This document shows, piece by piece, positions 12,828 to 24,539 of a stretch of 64,000 nt of DNA. The stretch covers positions 2,542,001-2,606,000 of the forward strand of contig NC_043000.1 in NCBI RefSeq assembly GCF_006345805.1, read 5' to 3'. The notes under the pieces are model-generated. The model ran no database searches. It was not told where the DNA came from and was given only the letters and a program-made list of their open reading frames with translations. Each line of letters opens with the position of its first letter. The stretch's first letter is position 1. A program made the translations under genes and the position numbers. The DNA is from Octopus sinensis (lineage: Eukaryota).

Positions 12828-13096
12828 GTTATATGATCATCAATACCACACACACATACACACACAAGATTCATACAGCCACAGAAGACACATGTGCACA
12901 CACATGAGGCATCCCCTCATCGTACTACACTCCCACATGCACACACAGAGGCATATACACTAAACAACCTCCACAACAATCAACAGACACACCTCCACAT
13001 GACTCCCATGCACAAAGGACACACCTCCATACACAATATACGGACACACCTTCACACTACACAGAAACACCTCTACACTATACAGAGAGCTTCTCC

Positions 13097-14445
13097 TTAG
13101 TGGTTCTCAAACATTTTTTGCCTGTGGACCCCTTTGATTCTTATTCTATTTGAATGGACCTTCCTAACCATTCAGTGTTTAAAAAATCCTATTATATTTT
13201 ATGATTAAATATCATAAGAAATTACTCTTTTACTCTTTTCAGTCATTTGACTGTGGCCATGCTGGAGCACCGCCTTTAGTCAAGCAAATCGACCCCAGGA
13301 CTTATTCTTTGTAAGCCTAGTACTTGTTCTATCAGTCTCTTTTGCTGAACCGCTAAGTTATGGGGACCTAAATACACCAGCATTGGTTGTCAAGCGATGT
13401 TGGGAGGACAAACACACTCACACACACTCACACACATAAATATGTATATATATATATATCAAACTAAGGTTAAAGAACAAACAAATGCAAGGTCATCTGC
13501 ATAACATTTCATAATTCGAACATTTAATCATAGAATATACATTTAAACATCCCGCAAGATGGAACATAATTCATCTGTACAAGCAATAAGCAAATAATAA
13601 GGTGCGAGAAAAAAGTTCATCCCGGTTTAGAGTTAATACTTTAGCGATTTAGAAAAATACATTTTTAAAAAAAAAACATTACAACATCTAGAAAGTAAAA
13701 GCCAATTGCACAAACCTAGAGGGGCTCTGGGCCCCCTTAAATCGATAAAAAATCACTCTTTTTGCCATAACAACCACATCTTTATAGCTTGTGAATTTTA
13801 ACCATTATGGGTCCCATCCTCACCACGCATTTAGTATCTCTGCTAATTTTCAGCTCAATCCTAGCCTTGGTTTGGCTGCCATCAACCGTCGAAGCAAAAT
13901 GTGCATGCAATTTTCGTCCAAGGACTGTTTTATAGCTATAGACTATATATGAAAAAACTAGTTGTGATACCAGTGCTGGTGGTATGTAAAAGAACCATCC
14001 GAACGTGGCCGTTGCCAGCGCCGCCCTGACTGGCCTCCGTGCAGGTGGCACGTAAAAAGCACCAACCGATCGTGGCCGTTGCTAGCATTGCCTGGCACCT
14101 GTGCCAGTGACACGTAAAAAGCACCCACTACACTCATGGAGTGGTTGGCGTTAGGAAGGGCATCCAGCTGTAGAAACACTGCCAGATCAGACTGGGCCTG
14201 GCACAGCCTCCTGGCTTCCCTGACCCCAGTCGAACTGTCCAACCCATGCTAGCATGGAAAGCGGATGTTAAGCAATGATGTTGATGATGATGATGATGGG
14301 ATGGTCACAGCTAGATTGTTTTCAGTCATAGGATTGCTTGATCAGAATAACCCTTAAAATACTATTGTGGATCTTCAATTTACTATGTTGATGCATGGAC
14401 CCCACCAAAATCTTATATAGACCCTGGATGGGGACCACTGGTTCT
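13097..14445. mobile_element. hAT-like MITE split by nested insertions (SINE-A half, unknown ~500-bp piece, RTE tail)
   Basis: Left TAGTGGTTCTCAA, degenerate right GGGACCACTG; the 14360-14420 part has a homologue at 19335-19410. Confidence 0.45.
13965..14297 (+). mobile_element. RTE LINE 3' UTR copy
   Basis: Three GGTGG(C/T)A(C/T)GTAAAA modules, conserved terminal region and (GAT)n. Confidence 0.88.
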
Positions 14446-15845
14446 AAAGGTGGGTAAATTTAGCTTTGGCTGTTAAGTGTATCTGCCGTAGGTTTCCAGG
14501 TGCCATATTCATTTAGCCACTTTGCATGATGCATTAGAAGGGAAAGGAAAAGGCAATTAACGAAGTAATTTGAAGAATAGAAGGATTTGTTAAAAAAACA
14601 AGCTGTGTTCTTGTTAAGAATATCATTGTAAAGTTAATTGCATTACATAATAATAATAACAATAATAATAATGTTGATGATAAAAGGGTTTTTTTTTAAT
14701 GTTTTTCTTAATTACCGCAGAACAGTACACAAGCAAAGTTTTACAATGGTATTATCGTGGAGTTTCACTTAACAATACTAAATGCTAGATTATGTTTGCG
14801 AGTGAGAGCCAGTCAAGACTCTTCTTAATTACAAAACTAATTTGCTTTGCGATTGTCCAGAGATATGACCAGACATGAACTTAGCTAGCCGCTCAGTGAT
14901 GCCTGCTGCTAGTGGTGAAAATCAAATTTCCACACTAGCACATATAGATAACTATACCAAACTCCCCACCATCACTGCTGCTACTGCTGCTGCTACTGCT
15001 ACCACTGCTATCATCATCATCATCATCATCATCATCACCACTACCATTAAAACTCTTTCAGAATCCCTGGTTATTGTTGAATAACATGAAGACATATCAT
15101 GGGAATACGGAAGCAAGCAAACATCAATTTGTTAGTGTGTGATAACATGAAAAGGAAATGTTGAAATGATGTGATTGAGAGAAACTCTATCATTATCTCT
15201 CCCATAATTACAATTCACAATACCTGTAATGAGTATTTATGGATACATGCATCTCTTTGGATGCTGTTGATCTTATTAGGGATGCTGTTTCTAACCTTCA
15301 TAGGAATAATCTTTTACTTTTTTTTACCAGTTTCAGTCATTGGGCTGTGGCCATGCTGAAGCATCAACTTCAGGAGTTTTACCCAATCATATCAACCTCA
15401 GTCTGATGTTTATTTTTATCAGCTTCCATTCATTGAACTGCTAAGTTAAGGACTGTACAATCAGCTGTCATGAATTAGTGTGGTTTGACAGCGTATCTTT
15501 TATTTGCCTCAGTCATTAGACTGAGGCCATGCTGGGGCATTTTCTTGAAGAATTTTAGGTGAATGAATCAACCCCAGTACTTAATTTTTTCAAGCTTGGT
15601 ACTTATTTTATTGATCTCTTTTGCCAAACTGTTAAGTTACGTGTATATAAATACCCAGCTGTCAAGCAGTGGTTGGAGGACAAACACAGACACAAAGACC
15701 TGCACACACAGACACACACTATAGGTCTCTTTCAGTTTCTGTCTACTAAATCCACTCACAAGGCTTTGGTTAATTTGAGGGCACTTACCCAAGGTGCTAC
15801 AGAGTGGGACTGGACCCAGAACTGTATGGTTGGGAAGCAAGCTTC

Positions 15846-16618
15846 TTATTGCTTTACTGCCCACAAGAGGCTAAACATAGAGAGGACAAACAAGGCCGGA
15901 CAAAGGAATTAAATCGATTACATCGATCCCCAGTGCGTAACTGGTACTTATTTAATTGACCCTGAAAGGATGAAAGGCAAAGTTGACCTCGGTGGAATCT
16001 GAACTCAGAACATAGTGGCAGATGAAATACCTATTTCTTTACTACCCACAAGGGGCTAAACACAGAGGACAGACAAACGAATTAAGTTGATTCTATCGAC
16101 CCCAGTTTGTAACTGGTACTTATTTAATCAACCCTGAAAGGATGAAAGACAAAGTCGACCTCAGCAGAATTTGAACTCAAAATGTAGCGGCAGATGAAAT
16201 ACCTATTTCTTTATTACCCACAAGGGGCTAAACACAGAGAGGACAAACAAGGACAGACAAACGAATTAAGTTGATTCTATCGACCCCAGTTTGTAACTGG
16301 TACTTATTTAATCAACCCTGAAAGGATGAAAGACAAAGTCGACCTCAGCAGAATTTGAACTCAAAATGTAGCGGCAGATGAAATACCTATTTCTTTATTA
16401 CCCACAAGGGGCTAAACACAGAGAGGACAAACAAGGACAGACAAACGAATTAAGTTGATTCTATCGACCCCAGTTTGTAACTGGTACTTATTTAATCGAC
16501 CCTGAAAGGATGAAAGACAAAGTCGACCTCAGCAGAATTTGAACTCAAAATGTAGCGGCAGATGAAATACCACTAAGCATTTCGCTCGGCATGCTAACAT
16601 TTCTGCCAGCTCGCCACC
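15846..16618 (-). mobile_element. SINE-B tetramer (head + four units) inserted into a SINE-A head
   Basis: Junction GAAATAC-CTATTTCTTT at about 16030, 16202 and 16386; head at 16570-16618; SINE-A sequence resumes on both sides. Confidence 0.9.
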
Positions 16619-17489
16619 TTACGACACAGCCACACCTGCACCTATACCATACTTTTGCTCATTGTTTTTATGTCTTGTGGAGCTGCAACAGAGATACTTT
16701 CTTAACCATAATGACAGATGGAGGGAGCAAGGGCTGAACCAGCACCCTAGCTGGTACTCATTTTCATTTGTGCTGATTACACTGGGCCATCGTGAAATGA
16801 GATGCTTTGCTCAAAGACACATCTCACTACTTGATTCACGAATTGAATTTACAACCTTATGATTGTGTGCTGAACATCCTAACCACTGAGTTGTGCGCTT
16901 TTCACTCGTAAAGGGGCACATCATAAACAACAATGCTAGTATTTCAATCAGTGTAAATATAAGCACAGACACAGATGCACACACACACACACACTGTCGT
17001 ATACTGGTGTGTGTGTGTACACATACATACATGCATGTATACACACATGCATGTGGAGACATACACAAATATGCACATGTATACACACACATAAGCATGT
17101 TTATGCATACATGCACATACACGCACACACTCATGCACAACAGGTTTCAGCACAGTTTCTGTTTACCAAATTCTACTCAGAGTTCATAGTTGTAGCTAAC
17201 ACACATACATACACACTCACACACATTCACACATGTATTTTTGTCACCCCAACCCCATCACTTGACAACCAGTGTTGGTTTGTTTGCATTCCCATAATTT
17301 AGCGGTTTGGTTAAAGAGACAAAATAAATAAATGTCTCAAAATATAAGTTCTGGGAGTGATTTGCTTTACTGAACCCTTCAGGGTGGTGCTCCAGCATGG
17401 TTGCAATCCAGTGACTAAAAAAAAATAAACAATTTCATCTTTTTGTTCTTGTATTTTTTTGTGTTTTTGTTTGTTTGTTATTGTAATAT

Positions 17490-17695
17490 TATTACTCTTT
17501 TACTTGTTTCAGTCATTTGACTGTGGCCATGCTGGAGCACTGCCTTTAGTTGAGCAAATCGACCCCAAGACTTATTCTTTGTAAGCCTGGTACTTATTCT
17601 ATCGGTCTCTTTTGCCGAACCACTAAGTTATGGGGACATAAACACACCAGCATCGGTTGTCAAGCGATGCTGGGAGGACAAACACAGACACAGAA

Positions 17696-17740
<45 letters not shown>

Positions 17741-17747
17741 CACACTA

Positions 17748-17779
<32 letters not shown>

Positions 17780-17975
17780 TATATATATTATATATATATA
17801 TATATGCATATATACGATGGGCTTCTTTCAGTTTCCGTCTACCAAATCCACTCACAAGGCTTTAGTTGGCCCGAGGCTATAGTAGAAGACACTTGCCTAA
17901 GGTGCCACGCAGTGGGACTGAACCTGGAACCATGTGGTTGGTAAGCAAGCTACTTACCACACAGCCACTCCTACA
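17490..17975 (-). mobile_element. SINE-A, full length, with expanded internal microsatellite
   Basis: Matches other copies. Confidence 0.92.
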
Positions 17976-18958
17976 CCTATGTTGTAAAATTTCAACATTT
18001 TACTAAAGAAACTGTGCAACCAGAAGAATTAACTACGATGTTAGCTACCAAACTTGGTTTTGTCAGGCATCGAACATCAGGCATTCAACATGACTGAAGC
18101 ATCTTTTAACAAAGGCTGCGACAGAAGTCTACCTTACACTTCTACTCTTTTTATGTATGAACTCCAGTCAAAGCAACGAATGCTTAATATTTAACCATTA
18201 AATAAAACATTGCTGGAGATTTTCCAGCATTTGGCATGCCAATTGTTAGATTGTAGCTCAAAGTCAGGCACTGTAGTTCTGATAATAGCAAACGTCTTAT
18301 TATTGCAGGAAATATGGTAGCGGTACCAACTTTGATAGTTTATATTTATATATAAACTGTTATGTTATTCTGTGTTGGACAGTTTGTGAATAGTTGAAAA
18401 GAAGAAGCACTGCAGGTGGTGAAGGAATTTGCTAGAAGTGAGGTAGACGATGTTGTGTAGAATAACTTCTCTCTAGATATGCAACTAAATCTATTTCATA
18501 TGTCTCTCTATGTTTATGTACCTGTCCATCTCTCTACCATGTAATTTACACTCTCTCACTCACACAATTATAATTGCATTCAAATAAAGAATATACACAC
18601 ACATGTATATGTGTATGTATATGTGTGTGTGTGTGTGTCACACACACACACACACACATACACATACACACATGTTCTCTCTCTCACTTCCTCCTGATCT
18701 ACCTCACCCCCTTCTACTATCTTGTTCCTCCTCACTACTACGAAACTCTATAAAATGACCAAATTCCCCACAAAGGAATTGATTTGATTTGAAAACCCCA
18801 CTGGAATGGGAGAAAGCGCTAATAATCTGAATGATTTGATATATATATGTAAAAAATGTAATATATAAATAAATATCTATAAACATGAACCATCCGATCT
18901 TCTGATTACCTCATTTTTTCTAATATATAATACCTGTACATCATCTCCAAACCTTCCA

Positions 18959-19010
<52 letters not shown>

Positions 19011-19047
19011 CATATATATATATATTTACATATATATATATATTTAC

Positions 19048-19085
<38 letters not shown>

Positions 19086-19133
19086 ATATATATTTACATA
19101 TATATATATATTTACATATATATATATATTTAC

Positions 19134-19169
<36 letters not shown>

Positions 19170-19574
19170 ATATATATATGCAGGGTCACAAGTTCATTTG
19201 TTAATGTCTAAATGTATGAGCTCCATTAATCATTGTCGTGTTGTGACAGCATTGAAAACTTTGTCTTGATGAGATGTACCTAGCTGTTTCTTTCAATACA
19301 CACATCTAAAGCAAGAATACTTTCAAGGATCCTTTAAATACTATTGAGGATCCTCAATTTACTATTTTGTTGCATTGACCCCCCCCCAAAAAAAAGTCTT
19401 ATATGGAACCTTCTGGGGTCGATTTGCTTGACTAAAGGCGGTGCTCCAGCATGGCCACAGTCAAATAACTGAAACAAGTAAAAGAGTAACGTCTTCAATC
19501 TTTATGCTCTTCAATGCTATTCACTGTTCACCAATGCACCAAACTGTTCCTGAAAAAAAACAAAAAAACAGACA

Positions 19575-19610
19575 TATTTGGTAGACGGAAACTAAAAGAA
19601 GCCTGTCGTA

Positions 19611-19678
<68 letters not shown>

Positions 19679-19905
19679 CATGTATGTTTGTGTGTCTGTG
19701 TTTGTCCCCCTAGCATTGCTTGACAACCGATGCTGGTGTGTTTACGTCCCCGTCACTTAGCGGTTCGGCAAAAGAGACCGATAGAATAAGTACTGGGCTT
19801 ACAAAAATAAGTCCCGGAGTCGATTTGCTCGACTAAAGGCGGTGCTCCAGCATGGCCACAGTCAAATAACTGAAACAAGTAAAAGAGTAAAAGAGTAAAA
19901 GAGTA
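19575..19905 (+). mobile_element. SINE-A lacking its head
   Basis: Body, microsatellite and (GTAAAAGA)3 tail. Confidence 0.9.
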
Positions 19906-20264
19906 TAAATCATCAAATTTAGCCCGAACACCCTGTACATTAATCTCAAGGTGATCTCAGGTCTTGTGAATAGTTTATTGATGGAAACTGTATGGAAGCC
20001 CTTTAAATGGGCTGTATTTATAATTCAAAGATCCAGCACTGTTACATTCATTCTGCTTGAGAATTACTTTCATGGTACATGTGATAGTAGAATATGTAAC
20101 CACTTCACACACTAATTAAAAAAAACCGATTTTCCAGTCGATCGAGCAAATAGCTGGACTCTCATATGTTGAAATCTATGTGAGAGTCCATCATAATGTA
20201 TTATAGTGTCATATATTATTATACCATTATCTGATACCATCATATTTTTATATGTTATTACATA

Positions 20265-20773
20265 TCTATATATATAAAACTCTAGTTGTGTGAGTGTCTG
20301 TCCCCTTCGATTTAGATTCCTAACTCCTCCCACATTTTGCGGTGCAGTTTAACCAAATTCGGGTATCTTATAGTCGTGATTCATATCGAGCCCGTCTGAC
20401 TATTAGCGTGCGTCAACGATGAGTCTACAATTTTAAAAATAATTTAACATCATTTTTTATTCCATTTTAATGCATAAAATGCATCGTGTGTCGATGGCGG
20501 CGGAGTTGGCGTCCACGCTCACAGCTGCACCTGTTTGCTTCTCCCCCTTCTTCCCTCCCTCGTGAAGCTGTGGGGAAGGGAGTGTAAGGAAATCAACGTC
20601 GTAATGCGTTGTGAAGGAAACCAGCGTTCTTTTAGAACAACGACTTCATGGCTTGAAGACACCAAAACAAAAATGGCTAAGAAAGCCCGAATTTATAAGG
20701 GAAGTAACTCTCTAAAAATGCTTATATAGTTATTTCCCTTACAAACCCGAGCAACGCTGGGCGATACTGCTAG
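20265..20773 (+). mobile_element. Non-autonomous Helitron
   Basis: A|TC start, subterminal hairpin CCCGAGCAACGCTGGG, CTAG|T end, no TSD. Confidence 0.8.
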
Positions 20774-21272
20774 TTATATATAATTATATTATCATATTAA
20801 TATATCATTATATGATATGATTATTTCAGTATATCATAGCATATTATATCATTATATCGTTATATTATTAAATTATTATTGTGCCTTGATATCTTTTCCC
20901 CATTCTCATTAATGTCTTTTGTCTGTTCTGCCATAATTCTGTTGCTAGGTTCCTTCTTTGGTTTGCAATGAGTTCTCCATCAGACTGTTCAGTTCTGATA
21001 ATTAGATGATTAGTTTATCAATTAGTTCATCTCATTGATTTCCTGATACCATCATTACTGCATTAGTACATTCTCATTACTGTCCTTCTTATGATAAATC
21101 ACATTCTAATTGTTTGTGGTCCATCTTGCAATAGTATAAATTTTATTTCTCTTCAGTTAAACTCCGGATGATGCTATTTTCTTTTGTCTCTCTTGGTTCT
21201 GAGTTCAGTTTCACCAACATGGATCATATTCACTTTTTTTGTTTTCCAACCAACTCTTGGATGAAATAAATC

Positions 21273-21745
21273 ATCATCACCATCATCATTTAACGTCCAC
21301 TTTGGACGATTTGACTGAGGGCTGGCGAACCAGATGTCTGCACCAGGCTCCAATCTTGATCTGGCAGAGTTTCTATATCTGGATGCCCTTCCTAACGCCA
21401 ACCACTCCGAGAGTGTAGTGGGTGCTTTTATGTGCCACCGGCATGGGGGCCAGTCTGGCAGTACTGGCAATGACCTCAATCGAATGTCTTTACATGTGCC
21501 AGTAAGGCAACGCTGGTAACAATCGCACTCAAATGGTGCCTTTTACGTGCCACCGGCACGGAAGCCTGTTAGCCGCTCTGGCAATGATCACGCTCGGATG
21601 GTGCTCTTAGTACCCTGCTAGCATGGGGCACAAGTGCCAGTAAGGCGATGCTGGTAACGATCACACTCAAATGGTGCCTTTTATGTGCCACTGGCATGGA
21701 AGCTGGTTAGCCGCTCTGTCAACAATACCAGTCATTGCATTTGAT
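21273..21745 (-). mobile_element. RTE LINE 3' UTR copy with extra internal modules
   Basis: Reverse complement of the RTE tail. Confidence 0.85.
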
Positions 21746-21948
21746 TTCGATTTTGAAATACCTGTAATATTTCTAGGTAGAGTTAATTGATTATACTTCT
21801 CTGGTCTGAACTAATCAATGTTTTCTATTTTACATTGCCAAAAGTGGTAGAGTACCAATGTAATAACATTGACTTCCATCACACTTCGGTCATCAATTAT
21901 CATCGTGTCTTCTATGCTATCATGAGTTAAACTAAATAAAATAAATAC

Positions 21949-22190
21949 CGTGGAGGCGTGTGGCTTAGTGGTTAGGGTGTCAGCATCATGATCATAAGAT
22001 TGTGGTTTCGATTCCTGGACCGGGCGACACGTTGTGTTCTTGAGCAAAACACTTCATTTCACGTTGCTCCAGTCCACTCAGCTGGTAAAAATGAGTAACG
22101 CTGTGATGGACTGGTGTCCCGTCCAGCTGGGGAACACATACGCCAGTGAAACTGGGTCCATGAGCCTTGCTAGGCTTTAAAAGGGCTCAG
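21949..22190 (+). mobile_element. SINE-E: tRNA head + CORE-like domain + V-domain-like tail
   Basis: TTCTTGAGCAAAACACTT...CTCAGCTGGTAAAAATGAG resembles CORE; GATGGACTGGTGTCCCGTCCAG resembles the V-SINE domain. Confidence 0.75.
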
Positions 22191-22480
22191 TGAGGTGCAA
22201 TGGCCCAGTGGTTAGGGCAGCAGACTCGCGGTCAGAGGATCGCGGTTTCAATTCCCAGCCCAGGCGTTGTGTGAGTTTATTGAGTGAAAACACCTAAAAG
22301 CTCCACGAGGCTCCGGCAGGGCGTGGTGGCGACCCCTGTTGTACTCTTTCGCACAACTTTCTCTCACTTTCTCTTCCTGTTTCTTGAGTAATGCTGCGAT
22401 GGACTGGCGTCCCGTCCAGCTGGGGGGAACACATATGCCACAGAAACTGGGCCCATGAGCCTGGCTAGGCTTGAAAAGGG
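22191..22480 (+). mobile_element. SINE-D: tRNA head + distinct middle + same V-like tail
   Basis: A-box TGGCCCAGTGG; middle shared with 27841-28143; tail shared with 21949-22190. Confidence 0.75.
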
Positions 22481-22529
22481 TGAAAAAATATATATATATA
22501 TACCAGTACTATATTGAGTTCTGTCCAGT

Positions 22530-22740
22530 TGACTCTACCATGAATATTGCTGTTGCTATATTTGTATAAGAGTTGCTATGTTCTGTATATGTTGCCATAT
22601 TTCTATAGATGTTTCTATATTTCTACAGATATTGCTGTATTTCTATGGCTTTTGCTATGTTTCTATACATGTTATCATATTTCTATAGTTGTTTCTATAG
22701 ATATTGCAATATATTCCTGCAAATATTGGATTTGAAGTGT
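22530..22740. repeat. Degenerate TATTTCTATAG-based minisatellite
   Basis: Repeated (G/A)TTTCTATA motif. Confidence 0.6.
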
Positions 22741-24539
22741 ATATTTTTAGCTCTGTTTTGTATGTGGGATTGCCTGAATAGATCATCAGAGATCACGTGA
22801 CCCTAACATTTGCAGCAACTTTGAGAGTTTTAATTATGTGTTGACCAAAGCCAGAGAGTTGGAGATACAAGATTGGTTTCTTGATATGACAGCGATTGTA
22901 TCTTCACGCTGTTGAAAGAGAAAAGACTGTCATGTCAGCGATTGGTTCTCCATGCAGTCAAAGGTTTCAATACTATTAGATGGAGTTGATAGTGATTATC
23001 ACAGAACAACTGCTACTGATGTCATCATATGTGATAATGTTGATTATGATAAATGTTTGTTATTCTTCAAGTTCTTCAGCTTTGCATTATTTAATTATTT
23101 CTTAAGATATTTCTTTCCTGGTAAAAATCAACCATTTGTAGTCTGACAGATCTAAAATTGATTGGCTGATCTAAGTGTCGAGTTGCTGCTGGAGTTTTGG
23201 AAATAGTACACGAGACATGAACTGTTTGCAGAATAAAATATTTATTGAGAAAACAAATTGAAAAGTTGCAATGACAATGTATAGTTAGTAATTGAGTTTG
23301 GAATATTTTCATAGCAACATTTTGTAGTGGTCGTTGTAGAAATGTGAAGTATGGTACCTTAGTTGATCTTGCAACTTGGTATCTTGGTTGTCAGTAGATT
23401 GATAGCTGAAGAGTTGTTGCTAAAATTTTCTAAAAATAACTGTTGTCATCCTCCTCTTCATCATCGTCTCACCGTCAATTATCATTATAATCATCATCAA
23501 TTATCCACCTTCTCATCCTCATCCTCCTCATCAATCATCCCCAACCTCATCATCATCTCATCATAAGCTATCATCAGTCATCTTCATCAATCATCATCAT
23601 CCTTATCATCAATCATTAATATCCTCACCTCCTCGTCCTCATCATCATCATTAATGGTTGTTGTCATCAGAATTCAATGGATCAGAAGACCTCATCTTGT
23701 CCCAAAGTCTCATTTTTGGCATGATTTCGTTTGGTTGGATGCCATTTCTAACATCAACAACTTTACAGAGTGTACTGGGTGCATTTTGTGACACCAGCAC
23801 TATAGAAGTTGCCTTGCTATCAGCAAGACCAAAGAGTCCTCTCAAGCTTTGTGTTGTTGCTGTTCAGATCAATTACCAAACAGTTCTTAAAACAGAATCT
23901 CTTTTGCCTGACAGTGCTGCAATGGTACATTGCCAGTTTGGGATAAACACTACAGGTATGGTACTGCTCTCAGTCAAACCTCTTCAAGGTGCATACAGGA
24001 CAATGAAACTGTTTTGCAGAGAGTTGCTCAGTATCCGGACATTAATTTGTGCAATTATGTCAGCCAGCTGTTGTTGCTTGTAGGATGGGCTTAGCTATCA
24101 ATTGAGTCCATTGTAAAGATAGATCTTCCATCTTCCTTTAACAAGAAAAGACAGCCAGATATATTTTTTCTCTATATTGTGGCTATCACAAAAGAGATCA
24201 TGTGATCAAGATTGAAAGGACTACTGACAAACAACTTCCTCTTCAATTCAGTAAAGCTTTCAGCTTCTTCAAGTTCTTGTTGAAAAGGAAGATTAGAAAA
24301 GAGAATGAGGTGGTGCACACCTTCGGTGAGTTTTCTGAAAGGTGGTGAGAATGGTGAGAATAGGCCAAATGGGTGGGTCTACTCTCAACATTTTTAATAG
24401 AATAAATTCACTGTAAAGAAACTATAACTTCTGACATTCACATATGGAAAATTTCTTTGGCAGTTCTGCTACATATCATACTTCGCTGTTCAGAACTTTT
24501 TAATAACTCTAGTCAACAGAATTGAATCAAGCTAATCTT

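Noticed and set aside
15846-16618. CRISPR-like or retrozyme interpretation of the regular arrays
   Set aside because: The units are direct tandem copies without unique spacers, and no CUGANGA/GAAA core was found on either strand of the 184-bp unit.
18704-18830. Minus-strand open exon IISAFSHSSGVF...EEEQDSRR
   Set aside because: The acceptor lacks a polypyrimidine tract and the peptide is not recognised.
20880-21270. Purine-rich minus-strand segment resembling a LINE linker region
   Set aside because: Too degenerate to assign.
21949-22270. tRNA genes (here and at other SINE heads)
   Set aside because: A/B-box-like motifs are present, but I could not fold a complete cloverleaf with an acceptor stem, and they continue into SINE bodies.
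22750-23450. Possible coding exon in non-repetitive sequence
   Set aside because: The frames I translated have stop densities near random expectation and no recognisable motif.
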